This document shows positions 1 through 7,485 of a stretch of DNA of 43,926 bases, one piece after another. Numbering within the stretch: position 1 is the first letter of the stretch; the number at the start of each line of letters is the position of its first letter. The notes beneath the pieces were generated by a model. That model was not told where the DNA came from. It worked only from the letters and a program-made list of their open reading frames with translations, and did not search any database. This DNA is from a virus. Taxonomy: Duplodnaviria; Caudoviricetes. A program made the position numbers and the translations under genes. Location of the stretch: the IMG/VR virus record IMGVR_UViG_3300036975_000075, positions 1 to 43,926 of that record; one strand, 5' to 3'.

Positions 1-127
1 CTGTCCTGTTTATAATACGAACTTTTTTCGTTAATTCGTAAACTCCGGCTATAACAACTTTGTTTTCAATAGAAATATCCTCCGGGTTTTCCGCCCGTAG
101 AAGAAACTGTTCATCATTATCTTTTGA
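1..127. repeat. Terminal direct repeat, copy 1 (circular assembly overlap)
   Basis: 1-127 is identical to 43800-43926; 127 nt matches a common assembler k-mer size. Confidence 0.97.
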
Positions 128-190
128 CAATTCTTCGTCGTCGTATCTCATAAATAATTTTTGCGGTAATTCCGGCATAACATTCTCCAT
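1..190 (-). CDS. Hypothetical 71-aa protein spanning the circular junction (continues 43799..43774)
   Basis: Manual translation MENVMPELPQKLFMRYDDEELSKDNDEQFLLRAENPEDISIENKVVIAGVYELTKKVRIINRTEVFDIDEE* stays open across the junction. Confidence 0.75.
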   Translation of the reverse strand, partial: MENVMPELPQKLFMRYDDEELSKDNDEQFLLRAENPEDISIENKVVIAGVYELTKKVRIINRT

Positions 191-223
191 TTATTGAGTT
201 TTAAGTTCATAATTTTTAGTTCA

Positions 224-392
224 AAGACCTGCGGGCAGGATTGGCCTTACCCGCTACCTGCTTGATACGCTTTTATCTGTCGGCTGGTCATCGACCCCGA
301 TTGAACCCTAACGTGTTACTGCCGAAACAGAACATCCAAGTCCGCCATATCACAATGGTATGATGCGTTTCACACACGCCGCCGCAGGTCTT
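224..392 (-). ncRNA. Candidate tRNA-like structured RNA, copy 1
   Basis: 11-bp closing stem AAGACCTGCGG/CCGCAGGTCTT, D-like arm GCGT..ACGC, T-like arm GCAGG..AATCCTGC; ends shared with 38781-38892. Confidence 0.6.
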
Positions 393-524
393 AACTTTTT
401 AAATAATGCCATCGCCCCTACTCCAGCCCTCGGGACAATGACTTTCTACCGTTAATTCGGTTACATCGCCGTTTATGTACTGGACGCGACCATCGTTTTA
501 GCATTTACAATGCTGCGAGCTCAA

Positions 525-599
525 TAGCAGGGGCGGGATTCGAACCCGCGTCAAACGGCTTATGAGACCGTGCTGGTGCCAACTCCAGTCCACCCTGCA
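525..599 (-). tRNA. tRNA-Met (CAT), initiator-like
   Basis: TGCAGGG/CCCTGCT acceptor stem with 1:72 mismatch, CTGG/CCAG D stem, ACGGT-CTCATAA-GCCGT anticodon arm, GCGGG-TTCGAAT-CCCGC T arm; no encoded CCA. Confidence 0.92.
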
Positions 600-604
600 A
601 TAAA

Positions 605-721
605 AGGACGGTGGCATTAGCGATGATAGAGGAGGGCCCACCGTCCTGAAATGTGCGGAGCCTGGGGGAATAAAACACTAATTTTAAAAAGGAGAAGTGT
701 TATGATTAACTCCGCACATTT
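605..721 (-). ncRNA. Two adjacent hairpins with anti-Shine-Dalgarno loops
   Basis: Stems 605-614/638-647 and 649-660/710-721; minus-strand loops contain CCCTCCTC and CATAACACTTCTCCTTTTT. Confidence 0.5.
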
Positions 722-727
722 GTTAAT

Positions 728-756
728 TTGTCAAAGAGCATCGCCCATCGGGGCGA
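728..756 (-). promoter_or_regulatory. boxB-like hairpin plus boxA-like antitermination site
   Basis: TCGCCC-CGAT-GGGCGA followed by TGCTCTTTGACAA (rrn boxA is TGCTCTTTAACA). Confidence 0.6.
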
Positions 757-765
757 GATCATAGG

Positions 766-826
766 TGTCAGACATCAGACGTTAAACATCCGACTTCAGA
801 CGTCAGACATCCGACATCAGACTTCT
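766..826. repeat. Heptamer tandem array (TCAGACA family, about 8 units)
   Basis: tcagaca tcagacg ttaaaca tccgact tcagacg tcagaca tccgaca tcagact. Confidence 0.9.
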
Positions 827-827
827 G

Positions 828-1037
828 CTATCCGTCATCAAACTTCTTGTCTTCCACCGGCTCAAGGCGTTCCTCGACGATCCAACCATTGATTGAATCT
901 CCATGGTTATTAAAACCTTCCAAAAGTACTTTATTTGAGCCATAAAGATAATGTGTATAAGCAGTCGCTGTTCCCTCGAATCCATTTACCTTATCCCTAT
1001 ACCTTTTTCCAAACTCTATAGTCGTTTTTATTTCCAT
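828..1037 (-). CDS. Hypothetical phage protein
   Basis: 69-aa ORF closely packed with neighbours. Confidence 0.75.
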   Translation of the reverse strand: MEIKTTIEFGKRYRDKVNGFEGTATAYTHYLYGSNKVLLEGFNNHGDSINGWIVEERLEPVEDKKFDDG

Positions 1038-1042
1038 AATTT

Positions 1043-1363
1043 TCAGCTCCCGATTAACTGATTATCTGATTTACTCATTAACTCCTTTATCGCCTCTTCC
1101 AAAGGCACCCTGCTCTCGATGAATCCGTTACCGCGGCATTGATGACATTCGATTTCTTCCGGCGGCCAGTGCTCCGAGCCATAAGGATAACCGCGTTCTG
1201 CCATCCATACATCTCGCAGATTCACCTGGTCATGCATAGATTCGTTTTGAATCGAACGGCAAAAGTCAGCAAAATCTTCATAAAGTTTTCTATGCGGACA
1301 GGTCACACCTTCCCCGCCGCAAACGCTGCATGTCTCTTTTGCTATTACAAAATATTGACGCAT
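1043..1363 (-). CDS. DnaJ-type zinc-finger-like protein
   Basis: CSVCGGEG and CHQCRGNG (CxxCxGxG) motifs. Confidence 0.75.
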   Translation of the reverse strand: MRQYFVIAKETCSVCGGEGVTCPHRKLYEDFADFCRSIQNESMHDQVNLRDVWMAERGYPYGSEHWPPEEIECHQCRGNGFIESRVPLEEAIKELMSKSDNQLIGS

Positions 1364-1364
1364 T

Positions 1365-1432
1365 ATTTAGTATCCAGTATTTAGTCGTTGGTATTTAGTT
1401 AACTCAAAACTCAAAATTCAGCACTCAAAACT
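1365..1432. repeat. Two abutting heptamer arrays (TTAGTAT-like and AAAACTC-like)
   Basis: tttagta tccagta tttagtc gttggta tttagtt, then aactcaa aactcaa aattcag cactcaa aact. Confidence 0.8.
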
Positions 1433-1581
1433 AATATTGCATTTATGTTCGTTTCGCCGGGAACGCCCCTGGCATCCTCTGTAAGGCTCGAAAGCTCTGG
1501 CCCCTCTTATGGCACCCTCCGCTTTCACTTCCCTGCTATGTCGCAACCGTGCTTTCAAATTGATACGCTCCTTAAGCCGGT

Positions 1582-1647
1582 TTATCTTTCAATCCAATAA
1601 TATGCAATTCCGATTAAAATCAAGATTCCAAATGCCAATATTTCCAT
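1582..1647 (-). CDS. 21-aa single-transmembrane micropeptide
   Basis: MEILAFGILILIGIAYYWIER* preceded by AAGAGGGTGAAAAA; below the ORF-track cutoff. Confidence 0.6.
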   Translation of the reverse strand: MEILAFGILILIGIAYYWIER

Positions 1648-1661
1648 TTTTTCACCCTCTT

Positions 1662-1783
1662 AAAATAAAAAGGCTCGCTGCTTGAAAAATGTCTCAGGCA
1701 CTGAGGACTTTGGAAGCGAGCGAGCCGGTTGCTCTTGTTTCTTTCGGTTGATATAATTCTTTGATCATCCTCAGTGCCTTTCA
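1662..1783 (-). promoter_or_regulatory. Leader/attenuator: 24-codon leader ORF, anti-RBS segment and intrinsic terminator
   Basis: AGGCACTGAGGA just before the ATG is complementary to TCCTCAGTGCCT inside the GGCTCGCT..AGCGAGCC-TTTTT hairpin. Confidence 0.6.
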
Positions 1784-1813
1784 TTTGATTTATTAATTAT
1801 TGATCATGTTTGT

Positions 1814-1842
1814 ATTATCGACTTATGACGAAAAATAGTCAA
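1814..1842 (-). promoter_or_regulatory. Sigma70-type promoter
   Basis: TTGACT-17 nt-GATAAT. Confidence 0.75.
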
Positions 1843-1875
1843 GTGAAAAATCTGAATTTCTAAAAAATATTTTAA

Positions 1876-2091
1876 TTATCGCCGTTTTCGGGCTGGAAAC
1901 GATATTTTAGCCCCAAGCTCGTTAAGAACCGCTGAAATATATCTGGCGGTCATATTGCCGCCGGCCAGGTAATTATACAGCGTCTGTTGGTTGCAGCCTA
2001 TTCGCCGGCTCATCTCCGGTACGCTGATTATTTGTTTGGCCATTTGCTGTATGATTTTTTTTCTTAATTCAAATTTCATTGTCAGCCTCAC
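1876..2091 (-). CDS. Cro/XRE-like helix-turn-helix regulator
   Basis: SVPEMSRRIGCNQQTLYNYLAG HTH pattern, 71 aa. Confidence 0.8.
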   Translation of the reverse strand: MRLTMKFELRKKIIQQMAKQIISVPEMSRRIGCNQQTLYNYLAGGNMTARYISAVLNELGAKISFPARKRR

Positions 2092-2570
2092 TTTATTTTA
2101 ATAATAAAATTATGTCTATATTCCGACCCAGATTTCCAATTAGCGTGACGACTTAATCGCACGGTTCCTAATTTTGTGACCCAATAAAATGAATCTTCAC
2201 TTATGCGGGACCTCTGAAAATGACCGTATTTCTTTGTGAGAAATGAACGTAATCTAATGAATTTTTTGTCACAAATCGCCTCTTTGTGTTCTATGAGTTT
2301 TTTCCACGCTTTCGTTCGCAACTCAACTTTTAGTTTGCGGGCTATGGAATTGAGGCAGAGTGATCTGAAACCCTCTTTTGCTTGATTAGCATAATGCCTG
2401 CTGTTACCCCATGAACCTTTACATTTGTGATATTTGTAGGCACAGGAGTATCGAGCAATTAAACCATTTAAGTATGATCTCTCTTTGTAAGGCAAACTCG
2501 AAGAAAAACCGAAAACCTTACCTGCTCGTGCATATTCTTTAGCACGTTTTATTACTTGTTTTTTAGTCAT
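2088..2570 (-). CDS. Basic hypothetical early protein
   Basis: 160-aa ORF with 4-nt overlap with the next gene. Confidence 0.75.
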   Translation of the reverse strand: MTKKQVIKRAKEYARAGKVFGFSSSLPYKERSYLNGLIARYSCAYKYHKCKGSWGNSRHYANQAKEGFRSLCLNSIARKLKVELRTKAWKKLIEHKEAICDKKFIRLRSFLTKKYGHFQRSRISEDSFYWVTKLGTVRLSRHANWKSGSEYRHNFIIKIK

Positions 2571-2579
2571 AATTCTTCA

Positions 2580-2627
2580 AAGACCCGGCCCCCGGCCGCT
2601 ACGGACCGAGGGCTGGGTTAAAAAATG
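2580..2627 (-). repeat. Intergenic anti-RBS plus GC hairpin unit, copy 1
   Basis: Near-identical to 3034-3080. Confidence 0.9.
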
Positions 2628-2628
2628 C

Positions 2629-2994
2629 TTATATACCCGTAATTTTCAAATCATAATCACCGTATGCTTCACCTAATATTTGATTTATTATTTGAGTGGC
2701 AGTTGGTTTACAAAGGATTTCTTCGCCAAATCCGCTCCCAAAATAATATACAGGATATTCCGTGACTTGAATGAACCACTCCGGCATATCGTCCAGCTCA
2801 TCACCGAAAGTTGATTTGATTTCTTTTTCGGAAGAATAAATTTGAAACCAAAAACCATCACCTAAATTATAAGCGTATTCACGACATAACGCCTTTGCAA
2901 ATTCAGGCAAAGAATCCGCTTCGCATTCAGCTTTAATTTGGCCTTTGCGACTTGTTTGTGGACCATAAATCCATTTTGCTTTGTAACGTGCCAT
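2629..2994 (-). CDS. Hypothetical early protein
   Basis: 121 aa; RBS TTTGAAAGGGTTAAAAA-ATG. Confidence 0.8.
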   Translation of the reverse strand: MARYKAKWIYGPQTSRKGQIKAECEADSLPEFAKALCREYAYNLGDGFWFQIYSSEKEIKSTFGDELDDMPEWFIQVTEYPVYYFGSGFGEEILCKPTATQIINQILGEAYGDYDLKITGI

Positions 2995-3033
2995 TTTTTA
3001 ACCCTTTCAAATAAATAGTTCATTAAGCTTTAT

Positions 3034-3080
3034 AAGACCCGGCCCCCGGCCGCTACGGACCAAGGGCAGGGTTAAAAAAT
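3034..3080 (-). repeat. Intergenic anti-RBS plus GC hairpin unit, copy 2
   Basis: Near-identical to 2580-2626. Confidence 0.9.
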
Positions 3081-3081
3081 C

Positions 3082-3333
3082 TTAATCTTTAAAGACAAAA
3101 CGAAATTCACCAGAATCGACAATAATCAGCCCAAATCCGGCATATACTTCATAGCCACAAGGTTGCTCCTCAATTCTATGAACAATAGTAATGTCTGGAT
3201 TATGTCTCTCGAAGTCTTTGACGGTATCCCTTGTTACTATAATCTGATTAACTTCCGAACAATTACCGAAAGTATAACGCTTGAACCAATTAAATAATTC
3301 TTCTCTCTTTTTGAATGCTTCTGATTGTTTCAT
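3082..3333 (-). CDS. Hypothetical early protein
   Basis: 83 aa; same RBS string as 2629..2994. Confidence 0.8.
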   Translation of the reverse strand: MKQSEAFKKREELFNWFKRYTFGNCSEVNQIIVTRDTVKDFERHNPDITIVHRIEEQPCGYEVYAGFGLIIVDSGEFRFVFKD

Positions 3334-3379
3334 TTTTTAACCCTTTCAAATATTGATTTATCAATTAACTTCTATATTA

Positions 3380-3408
3380 ATAATACGAATATATTAGACT
3401 TTTGTCAA
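3380..3408 (-). promoter_or_regulatory. Sigma70-type early promoter
   Basis: TTGACA-17 nt-TATTAT with AT-rich upstream sequence. Confidence 0.8.
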
Positions 3409-3643
3409 TAAGAAAATCTAAAAAAAGTGAAAAATAGTGAAGTTTTTTGGCCCATAGAATGCCGTTTTAATGCCCTGTGGGGCGATTTGGGCGGCTCATT
3501 TTAGGTGCGTATAATAGTACTTAAAAGTTTTTATAATGCCCTGTTTTTGGCCTGTTATTAACGGTGACAATCGAACAATCCTTATTATTTGGCTAAAATC
3601 AAGGATTTTGATGGTTAAGAAAATCTATTATAATAGTATAATT

Positions 3644-3674
3644 AAAATAAGGCGGCCGCCCGGCGACGGCCGCC
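3644..3674 (-). terminator. Intrinsic terminator at the end of the late operon
   Basis: GGCGGCCG/CGGCCGCC stem followed by TTATTTT. Confidence 0.7.
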
Positions 3675-3688
3675 CAAGGAAAGGAGGA

Positions 3689-3865
3689 CTATGAAGTCCT
3701 GAGCAGCTCTTTTCGCAGCTCGGCTATCTTGATAATCACATCGATTAACGCCCTGTCGGCCGGGCCGCTGGCCTGAATATGATTATCGATACGCAGCTTG
3801 TTAAACTCACGCAGCAGACTTGCCGTCCGCAAATTAATCTTTGCTATATGCCGGGAGATTTTCAT
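3689..3865 (-). CDS. Hypothetical 58-aa protein
   Basis: MKISRHIAKINLRTASLLREF...LRKELLRTS*; starts 2 nt after the upstream stop; below the track cutoff. Confidence 0.55.
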   Translation of the reverse strand: MKISRHIAKINLRTASLLREFNKLRIDNHIQASGPADRALIDVIIKIAELRKELLRTS

Positions 3866-3867
3866 AT

Positions 3868-4287
3868 TTAAGCTGCCGGTTTTTGAATACCCAAAACCTC
3901 CGCCCTACAGGTAAGAGCCGATCCTTCAGCTGTTGTAATCTCAATTGCAAATGCCTCACCGGCGGCAATCTTCGTACATTCAACAGGCGTAGAATTAGGT
4001 ACCGGCATAAGAATCAGATAACCGCTCGTGCCGGATATATTGGTTAATGTATAGGTGCCAAATTCATCACAGCTACCACCTGCTTTGCCTGCAGTAATAA
4101 CAGCCGCTGTGACCGCTGCACTGAACTCATCGAGGATAAGCATAACAGGATAAAAATCCTTATCTTCCGGGGCGGTATGCAGACTTGTCTCCGTATCCGC
4201 CGCAGCATTAAGGTCAATCGAATTATCACCGCTTACCAGACCTATCGAATGTTCTTCCAAAAGCATTTTATCTCCTAACTTATACAA
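3868..4287 (-). CDS. Putative virion/tail-associated protein
   Basis: Follows the tail tip gene; beta-rich composition. Confidence 0.65.
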   Translation of the reverse strand: MYKLGDKMLLEEHSIGLVSGDNSIDLNAAADTETSLHTAPEDKDFYPVMLILDEFSAAVTAAVITAGKAGGSCDEFGTYTLTNISGTSGYLILMPVPNSTPVECTKIAAGEAFAIEITTAEGSALTCRAEVLGIQKPAA

Positions 4288-7082
4288 ACAACGTTGCCGT
4301 TGTGAACTACAATTTCACCGTTATGAGTAATAATTTTATCTATAATCGATTCTGCCTTGACGGCGGCACCGTGAATAGTCTTAAATGGATAATTGGGATT
4401 GGCGTAACCGTTCTCGTTGATACAAATCAGCCATTTACCCGAGCCGGTCGTTTCATTTAACACATCCGTCTCATGCAAAACAGTCGGAGATGCTTCGTCC
4501 CAATAAATGTAAATATTGGCTGAATTACTTTCCGTTATTTCATAGCTAATATTGTTCAAACAAATTAAAATATCCTCTTCACTGTCATCCTTCGACCATG
4601 AGACATAACCGGTGGATGGATCATTATTGCCCCAGGCAAGATTTGTGATGATGGGAAAATCGTAGTTCTCGCCTTCGTAAAATTCATCCAGATTAAATTT
4701 ATCAATCTCCCCGCTTGTTATCGGCCTGGTTCGAGATGAGGGCGACGATGAAGATGGTACGATATAACTGGACTCCGGGGTATCCGGCTCCAAATCATCA
4801 CCGCCGTAAACATCCTCATCGTAAATTTCGCAGCTTATAGTGCGTGAAAAATCGCCGCCTTCGTTTATACCCGTTATTCTGAACATTTTAGTTGCATCGG
4901 ATGTGGGGCCGAAATCATAAAGATCGCCTTTTTTGGGATTAATTGTCCACGTATCGGTTATCGTAATCAATGTCCCATTAACTGAACTTACCGTGTGAAT
5001 TTCTATACTGTCGCCCCCGGTATCAGGGTCGCAGACGCGGACTACTATCGTATCTGTTCCCGTATCCATACATGGACTATCGACAATGACCTGGTTATTA
5101 GCAGGGCAACCAACAATTCTGCCTCCCCTTTTCCAGGGTGGCATTAAACTGACCACATCGCCTTTAACGGAAACAATCGCATCGAGGTCGGATTCGTGCT
5201 CCGAGCTTAAATTAATGAGCCTGTTCCTGGCCATCTCATAATATAAGGTTCGCCAGGCCTGTGAAGCCTTGGTTATACCGAAACCATTGACTGTTATCTT
5301 TTTGTTCGGACAGCCGATATTTGAATCGTAATATAAAAGCGGTGTCTCTTCAAAATCCTGCTCGGAATTAAGAAAGTTTATCTCTATTTCTGATGCCCTG
5401 TCTTCAGTCTCCATATAATTTAGCTTGAACGTTTGCGGCTTAATATTGCCGGCGGAAAATAATTGTACGCTTGGCCCCGACCATGGCTTATCTACAACGA
5501 TATCAAAATCCCTTCCCACCATAACAACCTGGCAGCGTGCCATTGCACAAACCTTTTTGACTGCATCCCAGACATTCATTCCCTGGTCGAATACCCCGTT
5601 AAACGTAATTCTTTTTTCCGTGCCGCCCGCACCATCATCGACAAGACCATCATAATGCTGCGCGGCCTCGTACCAATGGTCAAGATACGGCAGCAACCGG
5701 GCAGGATCGTAGCCGTCATATCTTTCAATCGCATAAGGTGTCGTCGGTAAATCCGGGTCGCCATCGCCGGAGATCACCGGCTGGGTAAGAATATCCCAGA
5801 TTACCCAGGCCGGGTTATTGCTGTATTCCAGGTTCCAGCTCATACCATCGTAAACATTGATTATCCTGCATTCCTGCTCGCAGGAGACCTTCATAGAGCC
5901 TGAAACCTGGTCGCTTGCAAGGGCCTCGATTCCCAGAAGGGTGAGGTTGGGAAATTGAAAAGCCGTATCGATTACCTCTCGAACCGAATGCAGCTTGACA
6001 GTTCTTTGAGCCCTGTCATCCTCTGCAAATTTAGCCAGGGTCGAAGTGATTTTAATATCATATCGAGTGCCGTTTGTCACAGTTACCGGTGAGCCGCCGG
6101 TGTAAGTTTCTGTATTAAGATAATTTTTAAAGTTTATCTTGTTATTCGAGCAGGATAACTGCTCATCGACCAGCGTCGTCCAAAAATCTTCACCATGTTC
6201 GGATATCTCAATCTTGACCCCAACCCATTGAGTGCCGTTTTTGCCCGATTTACGAATATAAAACCCGAAATATTCTATTGCTATCTCCAGACTGTCGTAA
6301 TCATTATCCGGCGTGGTCCATGTAAATGGCCCATCGGCATATATCACCTCTTTATCGGGCTCGTATTGGATTTTCAGCCCCTCGAATATCGCATCCTGAT
6401 TAATCAGCCCCCTTTGTTCCGTCACTGTCACATTACTGTAATTGTTGTAAGGCAAATCGTTAATCTGGATAGTGCCGTCGACAATACCCTCGAACGGCCC
6501 TTTACCGAAACTCAACAGCATATACATCGTCTCTTCGTAGCCGGTCGGCTGGGTCCAGGAGGCAATAATATTGCCGTACATCTTATTCCTGCCGTAAGCT
6601 CGCGGAATTGTCAGACCCGCCTGCTGTGTAGTAATACCGGCCCATGTGTAGCTTTGTGCCGATACACCTTCAACATCCATATCCTCACTTAAAGCCTTAC
6701 TAACAAGATAAGAAGCTCCATAAGCAATAGCTATATTAATCGCATAAGGAGCAAGAAATGCAGCTATTTCAGCCGCCATATGCATGGTTTCAATAGTCGC
6801 TACTATCGTTGCTGTTGTTACGGGATCTCTTATTGCAGGCATAATCAGGATTTCATCACCGCCCTCGAGCTGACAATCGTATTTTTCGCCGAGCCCGGGA
6901 TCCAACTTTTTTTGATTGACAAAGCAGATCGGTTCGCTAATCCTGCCGGCAAATTTTCTTATCAGCTCTTTAATATTCTGGCCGGTGAATCTAATCTTTT
7001 TGATTAGACGATTCTTATTGATTTGAAAGGGATTCTTGATGACAACAAGTTTAATCTGGTCTGTGTTCATAAATACCCTCAA
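4275..7082 (-). CDS. Tail tip / central fibre protein (lambda gpJ/TipJ-like)
   Basis: 935 aa; IPRAYG, YSNNPAWVIWDILT and LFSAGNIK motifs; synteny. Confidence 0.9.
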   Translation of the reverse strand: MRVFMNTDQIKLVVIKNPFQINKNRLIKKIRFTGQNIKELIRKFAGRISEPICFVNQKKLDPGLGEKYDCQLEGGDEILIMPAIRDPVTTATIVATIETMHMAAEIAAFLAPYAINIAIAYGASYLVSKALSEDMDVEGVSAQSYTWAGITTQQAGLTIPRAYGRNKMYGNIIASWTQPTGYEETMYMLLSFGKGPFEGIVDGTIQINDLPYNNYSNVTVTEQRGLINQDAIFEGLKIQYEPDKEVIYADGPFTWTTPDNDYDSLEIAIEYFGFYIRKSGKNGTQWVGVKIEISEHGEDFWTTLVDEQLSCSNNKINFKNYLNTETYTGGSPVTVTNGTRYDIKITSTLAKFAEDDRAQRTVKLHSVREVIDTAFQFPNLTLLGIEALASDQVSGSMKVSCEQECRIINVYDGMSWNLEYSNNPAWVIWDILTQPVISGDGDPDLPTTPYAIERYDGYDPARLLPYLDHWYEAAQHYDGLVDDGAGGTEKRITFNGVFDQGMNVWDAVKKVCAMARCQVVMVGRDFDIVVDKPWSGPSVQLFSAGNIKPQTFKLNYMETEDRASEIEINFLNSEQDFEETPLLYYDSNIGCPNKKITVNGFGITKASQAWRTLYYEMARNRLINLSSEHESDLDAIVSVKGDVVSLMPPWKRGGRIVGCPANNQVIVDSPCMDTGTDTIVVRVCDPDTGGDSIEIHTVSSVNGTLITITDTWTINPKKGDLYDFGPTSDATKMFRITGINEGGDFSRTISCEIYDEDVYGGDDLEPDTPESSYIVPSSSSPSSRTRPITSGEIDKFNLDEFYEGENYDFPIITNLAWGNNDPSTGYVSWSKDDSEEDILICLNNISYEITESNSANIYIYWDEASPTVLHETDVLNETTGSGKWLICINENGYANPNYPFKTIHGAAVKAESIIDKIITHNGEIVVHNGNVVCIS

Positions 7083-7485
7083 TAGCCGCCGACCAAAATG
7101 GATGTTTTAACGATGTAATACATACAGAGCATTTTGCAGTTATATGAATAAATCGCTTGCAATCTTCGAGTATTACTCCAATATGCCATTTTTCATCGCC
7201 CTTATCATCAATTATTCGAAAAAGAACCAGAGACCAGGGTTCAGGTATTCCAAGTCTTCTAAATTTCGATTGCTTCTGCAGCTCTATCAGTTCTTTCCTG
7301 TCTGAACAGTTAAATGGATCGTCGTAATCAGGAAGCTTGTACCCGGCCCTGCAAGCAACCTCCATACAAAGACCCCAGCAATCGTAAAAATTAGGACCGC
7401 GACCATCCTTTTTATATGGTTTGCCTATTAAGTCATTTAAAACAACAGTTTTAATTTTTGAGTTTTGAAATTTAAGTTTTTTCAT
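7051..7485 (-). CDS. NlpC/P60 tail assembly protein (gpK-like)
   Basis: LIGKPY..GRGP..YDCWGL and HIGV motifs. Confidence 0.88.
   Translation of the reverse strand: MKKLKFQNSKIKTVVLNDLIGKPYKKDGRGPNFYDCWGLCMEVACRAGYKLPDYDDPFNCSDRKELIELQKQSKFRRLGIPEPWSLVLFRIIDDKGDEKWHIGVILEDCKRFIHITAKCSVCITSLKHPFWSAAIEGIYEHRPD

Noticed and set aside
1-127. Biological terminal repeat
   Set aside because: The 127-nt length matches an assembler k-mer and the repeat cuts through an ORF; a gpA-type terminase implies cos ends.
224-392. tmRNA or intron-containing tRNA
   Set aside because: No alanine-type acceptor end or CCA, no evident tag ORF, no canonical TTCGA loop, and too short for a group I intron.
1445-1510. 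Hammerhead ribozyme (CAGAGGA..GCC/GGC-GAAAC on the minus strand)
   Set aside because: The core deviates from CUGANGA, there is an extra base before stem II, and I found no properly placed GUH with stem III.
2580-3080. Canonical integron attC sites
   Set aside because: Ends only loosely fit RYYYAAC/GTTRRRY, the palindrome is asymmetric within the unit, and there is no integron integrase.
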